A stretch of DNA of 64,000 bases, taken from Thermotogota bacterium (GTDB lineage Bacteria > Bipolaricaulota > Bipolaricaulia > UBA7950 > UBA9294). The stretch lies in NCBI GenBank assembly GCA_039679545.1, contig JBDKUT010000163.1, positions 26,502-90,501 of the forward strand, in the 5' to 3' direction. The notes beneath the pieces were generated by a model. The model ran no database searches. It was not told the DNA's origin and saw only the letters and a list, made by a program, of their open reading frames with translations. Of this stretch, positions 39,928-48,523 are shown one piece after another. The translations under genes and the position numbers were made by a program. Position 1 is the stretch's first letter, and each line of letters starts with the position of its first letter.

Positions 39928-39972
39928 TTGACAGAGCGCCGATCGCCTGTAGAATGACTGACCAGTCAGTCA
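39928..39972 (+). promoter_or_regulatory. Promoter and TetR-type operator
   Basis: TTGACA-16nt-TAGAAT overlapped by near-palindrome TGACTGACCAGTCAGTCA (39955-39972), directly upstream of tetR. Confidence 0.8.
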
Positions 39973-39991
39973 GTAGCAGCTAAGGAGCCAC

Positions 39992-40582
39992 GTGGACGAC
40001 GGCAAGAAGGATCAGATCCGCAAAGCGGCGCTCGCCGTGTTCGCACGGCGCGGCTTTCACGGAACGACGGTGGCCGAGATCGCACAGGAGGCGGGGATCG
40101 CCAAGGGGACGATCTACCTCTACTACGCGAGCAAGGAGGAAATCCTGATCGCCGTCTTCCGCCGCTACATCGATGGGATGCTCGACTTCGTCGACGGCCT
40201 CCTCGATTCGGCCCTTTCCGTGCCCGACATCCTGAGCGCGTTCGTCAAGAAGCAGATCGACCTGTTCCGCGAGGAGCCCGATCTGATGCGTGTCCTCAGC
40301 CGTCGCTCGCTCCTCGCACTGAGCGACGGCGACGAGCGAATGCTCGAGTTCCAGCGCTACCTGCTCGACCGCATCGCCACCCTGCTCAAGCGCGGGAAGG
40401 TCCTCGGCGAGATGCGCGTGCTCGACGTCCGGATTGCGGCGTGTGCGATGCTCGCGCTGCAAGAGGCCCTGCCGCTCTACCTCACGGTGTACGCGGAGGA
40501 CCTGCCGAAGGATGCGCTGGGCCGTGTGACCCGAGAGCTCGCTCAGTTCATGTGGGCGAGCGTTCGAAAGGAGCCCGCATGA
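39992..40582 (+). CDS. TetR/AcrR family regulator
   Basis: GFHGTTVAEIAQEAGIAKGTIYLYYASKEEI. Confidence 0.95.
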   Translation: MDDGKKDQIRKAALAVFARRGFHGTTVAEIAQEAGIAKGTIYLYYASKEEILIAVFRRYIDGMLDFVDGLLDSALSVPDILSAFVKKQIDLFREEPDLMRVLSRRSLLALSDGDERMLEFQRYLLDRIATLLKRGKVLGEMRVLDVRIAACAMLALQEALPLYLTVYAEDLPKDALGRVTRELAQFMWASVRKEPA

Positions 40583-41079
40583 AGATGAAGCGCTCGATCC
40601 TCGTTGCGCTCTTCCTTGGCCTCGTCGTCGGGGGGAGCTTCGCCGCGGTCGCCGATTCCTCGTCCGCGTCGCCGTACCGCGTTCTCGTGGTCGACGGGAC
40701 GAAGACGCTTGCGTCGACGCTGCGCGTGGTGGGATTAGCCGGTGGCATCCGACAAAGCGGCGTCGCGGACGTCGCCATCATCCTCGCCGACGATCTGGGC
40801 CCGTTCGTCGACCCGCTGCGAGACCGATCTCGCCCGGAGACGCCGTACGACCTGATCTTGATCGTACCACGCGGCATCGACGACGGGTCGGCATCCCGGA
40901 TCTGGATCCTCGTGGCGGGGAACCCCCGCGAGACCCCGCTCACCGCGCAGGCGATCGAGCTTCTGCGCGCGGGAATCGACCGCGCGTTCGCCGGGATCGC
41001 GTCCGGCGTCGATCCGCTCGACGACCTCTGGGCGGCCCTCATGGCGTCCTGCTACGTTCGGGAGGGGTGGCTTCGGTGA
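40579..41079 (+). CDS. Hypothetical secreted protein
   Basis: ATGA overlap with tetR; signal peptide. Confidence 0.75.
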   Translation: MKMKRSILVALFLGLVVGGSFAAVADSSSASPYRVLVVDGTKTLASTLRVVGLAGGIRQSGVADVAIILADDLGPFVDPLRDRSRPETPYDLILIVPRGIDDGSASRIWILVAGNPRETPLTAQAIELLRAGIDRAFAGIASGVDPLDDLWAALMASCYVREGWLR

Positions 41080-43406
41080 TACGTCGCATCTTTGCTTGGA
41101 TCGTCGACCACGCGTGGTGGATCATTGGGGCCGTCGGACTGCTGACGATCGCGCTCGTCATCCCCCTCTTCTCACTCCAGACGAACGTCGATTTCGCCAG
41201 CTACATGGACCCCAAGGACCCGGCGTACATCCTGATGAAGAACGCCGAGGACCGCTACGGCTCGCAGACCCTGTTGATGGTTGCCGTCATCGCGCCGGAC
41301 GGCATCTTCAACGCAGCGACCCTCGCGAAAATGGAGCAGTTGGAGGCACGCTTTGCCGAGATCCCCGGCGTCGAGGAGGTCCAAGGGCCGCTCAGCCAAG
41401 ACGTGATCACGAGCTCGGAGACCGCGCTCGACGTGGGTCCGGCGGCGCCCGACGGCCGAGCTCCCGCGACGCCGGAAGGCATCGCGGAGTACCGCGAGCG
41501 GATCATGTCGATGGAGTCGATCCGAGGACTCCTCATCGCCGAGGATGGATCGGCGGCCGCGATCCTCATCCGCATGGAGCGGGACGCCTCCGAGTTCGAG
41601 GTCACCAGAGCGGTTCGAGAGGTCATGAACGAAGTCGGCACGCCGCCGGAGCGGTTCTCGATCTCCGGCGAGCCGTACATGATGCTGTCGCTCACGGAAT
41701 CGATTCAGCGCGACCTCGTGGTCCTCATCCCGATCATCCTCGCCGTGATGTGCGGTGTTCTCTTCCTGACGTCGCGGACCGTTCGCGGGGTCTGGATCCC
41801 GCTCCTCGTCGTCGGGCTCTCCGTCGTGTGGCTTTTCGGACCGCTGGGAATCCTCGGGATCAAGGTCTCGATCATGACCTTCATCTTGCCGGTCCTCCTG
41901 CTCGCGATCGGGATTGCGTACGGAATCCACGTCATGCACCGATACGACGAGGAGATCGCCCTCGGGAAGCCCCGCCGCGAAGCGGTCATCGAATCGGCAA
42001 CCGCGATCAGCGGCGCCGTCGTCATGGCCGGTTTGACCACGGTCGGCGGCTTCCTGTCTCTCCTCACCTGCTATATGCCCCTGTTCAAGGAGTTCGGGGG
42101 CATCGCCGCCATCGGGGTCGCGCTCGCCCTCGTCCTCGCCCTCCTCGTGGTCCCGGCTCTCCTCGCGGTCCTGCCTGCGCCGAAGCTCCGGCTGAAGACG
42201 GCAGCGGACCACGGCACGAACGGACGACTGGCGCGGACGCTCGGCACCGTGGTGGGCGGGGTCGCGCGACGCCCTCGCTGGTTCCTCCTCGTCATCGCGA
42301 TTGTTATCGCGGGGCTTGCGATCGCGGTCCCCCTCTTGAAGACGGATTCGTCGATGGCCGCATTCCTCGGCAAAGAGCATCCGGCGATCCTCGGCATGAC
42401 CGACTTCGACCAGCACTTCTCGGGGAGCGAGCAGCTCATGATTGAGATCGACACCGGACAGAGGGACGGGCTCAAGGACCCGGAGCTCCTTGGAAAGATG
42501 CTCGATCTTGAGGCGTACCTCCGCACGCTCGGCGTCCGGAAGACGTCGTCGATCACCGACCTCGTGCGGGAGTTGGACCTCCGCTTCCACGCCGACGACC
42601 CCGCGTTCTACGCCATCCCGTCGGAACGAAAGCAGGTCTCGCAGCTTCTCGCCCTGTTCTCGTTCCAGGGTGGCGACTTTGGGACGGTCGCCCTCCCCGA
42701 CTTCTCGGCCGGGGAGATCGCCGGCTACTACCCCCGCGCCGACGGCGAGACGAAGGCGAAGCTTGTCCGCGACATTCGTACCTACCTCGGCGAGCACTTC
42801 ACCGGCGATGCAAAAGCAGAGATGGTTGGACCGACGCAGCTCTTCGACTCGATGTCGCGGCAGCTCATCCGAAGCCTGATCTCGAACATCTACTCGTCGG
42901 CGATCGTCGTCTACCTGATCGTCGCCGTCATCATGGGGTCGCTCGTCGCTGGCCTCGTCTGCCTGATCCCGCTTGCCTTCACGCTGCTGGCCATTTTCGC
43001 CGTCATGGCCCTGGGGACCACCCTCAATATCGCCTCGGCGGCGATCGCGAGCATCACGATGGGAACGGGCATCGACTATGCGATCCACTTCGTCAGTCGC
43101 TATCGAACTGAGATGGCCGTCGACGGCGACTGCGTCCGTTCCGCGGAGCGGACGGCCCGTTCGGCTGGGCGCGCGATCCTGTTCAACGCCGCCGCCGTCG
43201 GGGCGGGGTTCCTCGTCCTCTGTGTCTCGAAGTTCATGGCGTTCCGCAGCCTCGGAGGACTGCTCGGCCTCGCCATGGCGGCAAGCGGCACGGCCGCGCT
43301 GACGATTGTCCCCGCCGTCCTCGTGACGCTGCGGCCGCGGTTCGTGACGACTCCCCCGTGGAGCCGACTGCGTCGTTTCTGGGAATCAAGAACCAAAAAG
43401 ACATAA
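41067..43406 (+). CDS. MMPL/RND family transporter
   Basis: Two RND halves; IGIAYGIH, GTGIDYAIH, TTVGGFLSL. Confidence 0.92.
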   Translation: MASVIRRIFAWIVDHAWWIIGAVGLLTIALVIPLFSLQTNVDFASYMDPKDPAYILMKNAEDRYGSQTLLMVAVIAPDGIFNAATLAKMEQLEARFAEIPGVEEVQGPLSQDVITSSETALDVGPAAPDGRAPATPEGIAEYRERIMSMESIRGLLIAEDGSAAAILIRMERDASEFEVTRAVREVMNEVGTPPERFSISGEPYMMLSLTESIQRDLVVLIPIILAVMCGVLFLTSRTVRGVWIPLLVVGLSVVWLFGPLGILGIKVSIMTFILPVLLLAIGIAYGIHVMHRYDEEIALGKPRREAVIESATAISGAVVMAGLTTVGGFLSLLTCYMPLFKEFGGIAAIGVALALVLALLVVPALLAVLPAPKLRLKTAADHGTNGRLARTLGTVVGGVARRPRWFLLVIAIVIAGLAIAVPLLKTDSSMAAFLGKEHPAILGMTDFDQHFSGSEQLMIEIDTGQRDGLKDPELLGKMLDLEAYLRTLGVRKTSSITDLVRELDLRFHADDPAFYAIPSERKQVSQLLALFSFQGGDFGTVALPDFSAGEIAGYYPRADGETKAKLVRDIRTYLGEHFTGDAKAEMVGPTQLFDSMSRQLIRSLISNIYSSAIVVYLIVAVIMGSLVAGLVCLIPLAFTLLAIFAVMALGTTLNIASAAIASITMGTGIDYAIHFVSRYRTEMAVDGDCVRSAERTARSAGRAILFNAAAVGAGFLVLCVSKFMAFRSLGGLLGLAMAASGTAALTIVPAVLVTLRPRFVTTPPWSRLRRFWESRTKKT

Positions 43407-43416
43407 GGAGACTTGC

Positions 43417-44289
43417 ATGAATAGCATTCGCCATACCCTCAAGGCGGCCGCAGCGATCGCGATCGTCGTCTGTGCCGCGACGGCGGCGTTCGCCGTCACC
43501 GGAGACGACGTCCTCAACCGCATGCAGGACACGTTCAGCATCGGAGGCGCCGACAGCGGAGAAGGGATCCTGCTCTCGATCGCCGTCCTCAACCAATACG
43601 CGTCGGGCATCACGACCGACTACAACCTCGCCGTCGTGGCGGAGACGATCATCGACTCGAGCAAGCCTTCGGACGCCGATGAGATAAGCCGCGCCCTGAT
43701 GTACTTCGTGGGCGGCGACGACGAGGGAATGATCTTCCTCCTCTCGACGCCCGAGGCGAAGGGCGAGAAGAGCCAGATGTGGCTCTACATCTCATCGTTT
43801 GGCCTGACCAAGCAGCTCGTCTCGGACGAAGACCAGTCGGGGAACTTTGCCGGGAGCACGCTCACGTACGCCGACATCGCCGGGGCGAGCGACCTGCGCG
43901 ACGACTATACCGCCGCGATCCTACGCGAGGAGACGCTCACTGTTGGAAGCGAGGAGCGCGCCGTGTGGGTTCTCGAACTGACTCCGAGACCCGGCGTTGA
44001 CACCGACTACGCACGCATGCTCCTCTGGGTCGACAAAGAAGAGGACATGTTCCTGCGACTCGAGGGGTACGGCGCCTCGGGCGCCGAGACGAAGGAGATC
44101 GTGGTGGCGAGCCTCGGCACGTTCGAGGACCGACGGATCCCTGACGTGATGGTCGGACGCGACCTCGAGACCGGGGACGTCTCGACGATCACCCTGTCCG
44201 GAATGCGCCGGCCCGCGGACGGCCTGCCGGAAAGCACGTTCGATCCCGCGAACCTTGGGAGCTTCGATCCAAGCGCGTACGGCTTCTAG
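43417..44289 (+). CDS. LolA-like / outer membrane lipoprotein-sorting protein
   Basis: Signal peptide; QMWLY, FAGSTLTYADI, YARMLLWVDKE; typical MMPL partner. Confidence 0.8.
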   Translation: MNSIRHTLKAAAAIAIVVCAATAAFAVTGDDVLNRMQDTFSIGGADSGEGILLSIAVLNQYASGITTDYNLAVVAETIIDSSKPSDADEISRALMYFVGGDDEGMIFLLSTPEAKGEKSQMWLYISSFGLTKQLVSDEDQSGNFAGSTLTYADIAGASDLRDDYTAAILREETLTVGSEERAVWVLELTPRPGVDTDYARMLLWVDKEEDMFLRLEGYGASGAETKEIVVASLGTFEDRRIPDVMVGRDLETGDVSTITLSGMRRPADGLPESTFDPANLGSFDPSAYGF

Positions 44290-44433
44290 AAGTTCGGTCC
44301 GCCGAGGGCCGCTGCACTTTGCTCCCGCGGCCGGAGCGAGTAAGGTGTCGCGAGGTGGTTCACGCTGAGCAGAAGGGAGAGCCGCTCGTCTCCTGAAGAC
44401 GGCCCTGGTCGACGCCATGCGTCTCGCCGCCAC

Positions 44434-45423
44434 ATGTCCTCGCGACGCGCCCTGAGGCGGGTCCGCAAGGCCTACGTGCGCGGCGGCGAGGGTGCCCTGG
44501 AAATGGCGTTTGCCGACGTGCGCTGGCGAACGAGGGGATTCCGCGCCCTCCTCGCGGCGGTCGAGCGGTTCTACCCGATGTCCGGGATCGTCCGGTTTGC
44601 CGGAGAGGTAGACCGCGGAATCCGCGGGTGGGGACTCTCAACCGGATGCCGCGCCGCGGCCGAACGCCTGGGCCTGCCCTACGAGTTCGAAATGCCGGAG
44701 GCCACGCGGGAGGTTCTCGCTCGATCGCCCGCCATCGTCTACGGGAATCACCCGACGCTGTTCACGCCGTTCCTCCTCGGAGCGGCCATCGACCGACCGG
44801 ACCTACGATTCTTCATGTTAAGCTATGTGGGCCGACTGATCCCCGCACTTCGGACCTACATGTTGCCGCTCGAGTCGTCGGCGCCGCGCCGCCTCACGGA
44901 GTGGCGACGCGGTGGCACGCGGCGGATGATCGCCTACTGGCTGACCGGCCTGTTGGAGCGAGGACGGACTCGCGAGGAGCCGAAGTCGGCGAACCAACGC
45001 AGGCTCATGCAGGGCGTCGACCACGTGCGTGGAGGTGGGTGCGTCGTCATCTTCCCAAACGGAGGAGGACGCCGAGACACGCCGTGGTACCCGGGCATCG
45101 GCGTCGTCGCGGCCGCCTTGGCCCGGGGCGGCGGCGACCGAGTCGCCCTGGTCCCAATGCGCGAGGAAGGAAGCACGAACCACCACGTCTACGCCTCCTT
45201 CCGCTACGCGGGAAGACCGCACTCCCCAGCAGAGAAGCCGGACCTCACCCCCATCCGAATCCGCTTCGGGAAACCCGTCCCATTGAGCGAGCTGGCGGGC
45301 CCGGAGAGCACCCCGGCGGAGATCGTCGCCCGACTCCGCGCCCACTACGGGACCGTCTTCCCCACGCCGAAGCGCCGCCAGATCTTCCGAGCTTCGTCCA
45401 ACCGAGGAGCAACCAAAGAATGA
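44434..45423 (+). CDS. PlsC-like acyltransferase family protein (degenerate motifs)
   Basis: IVYGNHP, VVIFPNG and IRIRFGKP blocks. Confidence 0.7.
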   Translation: MSSRRALRRVRKAYVRGGEGALEMAFADVRWRTRGFRALLAAVERFYPMSGIVRFAGEVDRGIRGWGLSTGCRAAAERLGLPYEFEMPEATREVLARSPAIVYGNHPTLFTPFLLGAAIDRPDLRFFMLSYVGRLIPALRTYMLPLESSAPRRLTEWRRGGTRRMIAYWLTGLLERGRTREEPKSANQRRLMQGVDHVRGGGCVVIFPNGGGRRDTPWYPGIGVVAAALARGGGDRVALVPMREEGSTNHHVYASFRYAGRPHSPAEKPDLTPIRIRFGKPVPLSELAGPESTPAEIVARLRAHYGTVFPTPKRRQIFRASSNRGATKE

Positions 45424-46220
45424 CCACCCCTGCCACCGTCTTCTGGTTTTCCGGGACCGGCAACTCCCTCGCCGTCGCTCGGCGGGTCGCCGCGTCCTTC
45501 GACGGGGCATGTCTCGTCCCCATCGCCTCGTTCGACAACGTCGCACGGCCAGAGGGTGTCGTCGGCGTCGTCTGTCCGGTCTACTTCGAGGGACTGCCGC
45601 TGATCGTGCAGGAGTTCCTCGCACGCCTTGACGCCCGGGCCGCGACGTACAGCTTTCTCGTTCTCACCGCCGGCGGGTTCGCTGGCTGGGCGCCAGTTCA
45701 GGCAAGGTGGCTCGTCCGAAAAGCAGGACGTCCTCTCGATGCCGCCTTCTCGGTCAAGATGCCGGACAGCTACAGCGCGATCCTCGACCTACCCCCACCC
45801 GCAAAACAGAAGGAGATCCTCTCACGGGCGGACCGCGTCATCGACGAGATTGCCGGTGCCGTGGCGCGGCGTGAGAAGCGTCTCGGCGTCGGGGTCACTG
45901 CGTCCCTTGGCGCGCTCGCTCACCTCATCATGGGGCGGCAGTTCGCCCGCACGTGCCGCCGCCAGGACGAGCGGTTCACGGTCTCCGACGCATGCACCGC
46001 GTGCGGCCTGTGCGTGCGCGCCTGCCCAAAGGGAAACATCGTGCTCTCCGACGGCCGTCCCGAGTGGAGTCACCGCTGCGAGCAGTGCTTCGCCTGCATC
46101 AACCTCTGCCCTGTCGCGGCGATTCAAGTCCGGAACCGCCCCACGGCACGCCGACGGCGCTATCGCCACCCGGACGTGAGCGTCGCCGACATCGGCTCCC
46201 AGCAGCCGCGCCCGGCGTAG
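45420..46220 (+). CDS. EFR1-family flavodoxin-ferredoxin fusion
   Basis: WFSGTGNSL, CTACGLCVRACP, CEQCFACINLCP, YRHP. Confidence 0.88.
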   Translation: MTTPATVFWFSGTGNSLAVARRVAASFDGACLVPIASFDNVARPEGVVGVVCPVYFEGLPLIVQEFLARLDARAATYSFLVLTAGGFAGWAPVQARWLVRKAGRPLDAAFSVKMPDSYSAILDLPPPAKQKEILSRADRVIDEIAGAVARREKRLGVGVTASLGALAHLIMGRQFARTCRRQDERFTVSDACTACGLCVRACPKGNIVLSDGRPEWSHRCEQCFACINLCPVAAIQVRNRPTARRRRYRHPDVSVADIGSQQPRPA

Positions 46221-46230
46221 TCTCCTCGGC

Positions 46231-46304
46231 GCGCACCCAGCTTTCTAGGTGCGCACACCCAGTCTCCCGGGTGTCCATGTGCACGCCCAGCTCCCCAGGC
46301 GCGC
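46231..46304. repeat. Three tandem imperfect palindromic units (REP-like)
   Basis: gcgcacc-cagctttcta-ggtgcgc, acaccc-agtctccc-gggtgt, gcacgcc-cagctcccca-ggcgcgc. Confidence 0.55.
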
Positions 46305-46452
46305 CGCGGCGACAAGAGCCGCCCGCTCTGCCGATTCTCGCAGGACGAGACAAGCAACTCGGACAGAGAGCGGCCCAGCTTCCCCGATGGAGGAATTGCC
46401 GGACTGTTCGACAATCCCTACGCTGAATGGGCTTCGCGGAGGTAGCAGAATC

Positions 46453-46719
46453 ATGAATTGGGATCCGGTAACAACGTTCAACCTTGTCCTCAGCGCGGCG
46501 ATCTGTGCCGTGGGAATCGTCGGCTGGGTCCGCGTCAGGAATGCCCTCGCGCTGTACATCGGCCTCGCGTTCGGGCTGTTCGCCTTGTCTCACCTGGCGA
46601 CCGTTCTGGGGAAGGCCGAATCGCTCGAGGCGCTCCTAATCCTGCTGCACGGGGTGGGCTACATCTTGGTTGCCATCGCGATCTACAAGGTCGCGTTCCC
46701 GCGAAAGCCCCAGAACTAG
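46453..46719 (+). CDS. Small 3-TM membrane protein
   Basis: SD GGAGG, MNWDPVTTFNL, three hydrophobic helices. Confidence 0.75.
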   Translation: MNWDPVTTFNLVLSAAICAVGIVGWVRVRNALALYIGLAFGLFALSHLATVLGKAESLEALLILLHGVGYILVAIAIYKVAFPRKPQN

Positions 46720-46764
46720 GCGTACATCGCCAACCCGTTCCCTTCAGGGAAACGCCCGGTCTCT

Positions 46765-47238
46765 CTACGATCCGCGGACGAAGAGGAGAACCAGGGCGAT
46801 GATGCCGACGACCACGAGGCCGAGGATCATCGTGGACCCGTGGTCCTGCAGCCAGCCGGAGACGCCGGGGCGGCGCGCCTTCTTGCCGGGAGGCCGCAGC
46901 GCCATGCGCTGCGCGTCCTTGTAGGTCCTCACGAACTCGTGATATTTGCCTTGCCGTTTGTAGACCACGGCGAGGTTGTTTTTCGCGCGGTCGTGCTCCG
47001 GATCGAGCTCAAGGACGCGACGGTAGGCACGCTCGGCACGGTCGAGGTCGCCCTTGTCGATGTAGAGGTTCCCGAGTCGGAAGTAGATCGCCGCGTGGTC
47101 GATTTCCCGTGCCAAAGCCTCGTTCAGGATTCGGATCCCCTCGTCGTACGCCTTCGCCTGGCGCAGCTCTTCCGAGCGCTCAAGCGCCGAAGCTACGAAA
47201 GTACAGTCTTCGGGGGTCTTCTCCTTCTGCGGTTCCAT
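46765..47238 (-). CDS. TPR protein with C-terminal membrane anchor
   Basis: YFRLGNLY, AKNNLAVVY TPR motifs; hydrophobic C-terminus. Confidence 0.85.
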   Translation of the reverse strand: MEPQKEKTPEDCTFVASALERSEELRQAKAYDEGIRILNEALAREIDHAAIYFRLGNLYIDKGDLDRAERAYRRVLELDPEHDRAKNNLAVVYKRQGKYHEFVRTYKDAQRMALRPPGKKARRPGVSGWLQDHGSTMILGLVVVGIIALVLLFVRGS

Positions 47239-47321
47239 CGTTCCCCGTCCTCTCCCTCGGCTCCTCGCGGCGGAGTATCCCCGGCGGACGTCACGTCGTC
47301 AACGGCGCGATTGCGTGTCCG

Positions 47322-47837
47322 CTAGAAGACGACGATCTCCGCCGACCGCGTCCGCGTGTCAAACAGAACGGCCGTCGAACGTCCTGTCAGCCAGCCGCAC
47401 GCCTCGCCGGGGTTCACGACGGCGGCCGCTGGTTGGCCGCCTGTGGCCAGCGAGCCGGGGCTTCCCGGACGCACGTCGACCTTGTGCGTGTGACCGTAGA
47501 CAACGAGGTCGTAGGCTCCGCTCGCGGCCAAGGCATCGATCGACCTCGGCTCGTGCATGAGAGCGACACGCACACCGTCGACATCGAACGTATGGTACCC
47601 CTCGTGGATCGTTCCGAACCCTTCGAACCGGCGAACCAGGTAGAGGCGGTCGCCATCGTTGTTGCCGAAGACACCAACGAGCGGCGCGACCAGTTTGCCG
47701 AGCGGACCTGCAGTGAACGGTGACACGAAGTCGCCGGCGTGGACCACCAGATCAACCTTCTCCGCGTTGAACCGCTCGACCATCCGCTCGATCGCCGGAA
47801 GGTTGTCGTGGGTGTCCGACAGAATCCCGATCTTCAT
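47322..47837 (-). CDS. YfcE-family metallophosphoesterase
   Basis: SDTH, HAGD, GNND, GHTH, NPG. Confidence 0.92.
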   Translation of the reverse strand: MKIGILSDTHDNLPAIERMVERFNAEKVDLVVHAGDFVSPFTAGPLGKLVAPLVGVFGNNDGDRLYLVRRFEGFGTIHEGYHTFDVDGVRVALMHEPRSIDALAASGAYDLVVYGHTHKVDVRPGSPGSLATGGQPAAAVVNPGEACGWLTGRSTAVLFDTRTRSAEIVVF

Positions 47838-48505
47838 CCATCCTCCCTTCGCGGTCCGAAAAGGGCCGTTCCGAGGCGAACCATCGACGCGCCTTCGTCG
47901 ATCGCCTCGCGGTAGGAGTCGCTCATCCCCATCGAGAGAATCGTCATCCGCGCGTTCGGAAGCTCGAGCCGCGTCAGCTCATCAAACCTCCGTTTCGTCT
48001 CCGCAAAGAACAACCGGAGCGCGCCGGGCGCGCAGAGCGCCGGTCCCAGGGTCATCAGGCCGCGCACCTCGATCGACGAGAACCCTGCGATCTCGCGTGC
48101 GAACGCCTCGACGTCCTCCGGAAGGACTCCCGCCTTCTGCGGCTCACGACCGCTGTTGACCTCGATCAGGATCGAAACAACCCGGCCGATCTTCCGGCCT
48201 TCGGCGTCGAGCTTCTCGGCCAGCCGGACCGAATCGACGGTCTGGATCAGGTCAAAGAGGCGGACCGCGTCTTTCGCCTTGTTCCGCTGAAGCGCGCCGA
48301 TCAGGTGCCACTCCGCGGCGGATCGGCCGAGGGCATTCTGCGCGACCTCGGCTTCCTGGACATAGTTCTCCCCAACCGCGCGAATCCCGCCCGCGAGCGC
48401 TTTGCGGATCTCGTCGGGCGTGCGGGTCTTCGCGGCGGCCACCACCGCCACGCGAGCGGGAATCCTCCCAAGGACCTCACGCACACGCTCTTCGATCCCC
48501 GCCAT
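47834..48505 (-). CDS. yggS: PLP homeostasis protein YggS
   Basis: AAAKT, GENYVQE, WHLIGALQRNK, LSMGMSDSY, VRLGTALFG. Confidence 0.95.
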   Translation of the reverse strand: MAGIEERVREVLGRIPARVAVVAAAKTRTPDEIRKALAGGIRAVGENYVQEAEVAQNALGRSAAEWHLIGALQRNKAKDAVRLFDLIQTVDSVRLAEKLDAEGRKIGRVVSILIEVNSGREPQKAGVLPEDVEAFAREIAGFSSIEVRGLMTLGPALCAPGALRLFFAETKRRFDELTRLELPNARMTILSMGMSDSYREAIDEGASMVRLGTALFGPRREDG

Positions 48506-48523
48506 TCGCCCTTCCCTCCGTCG

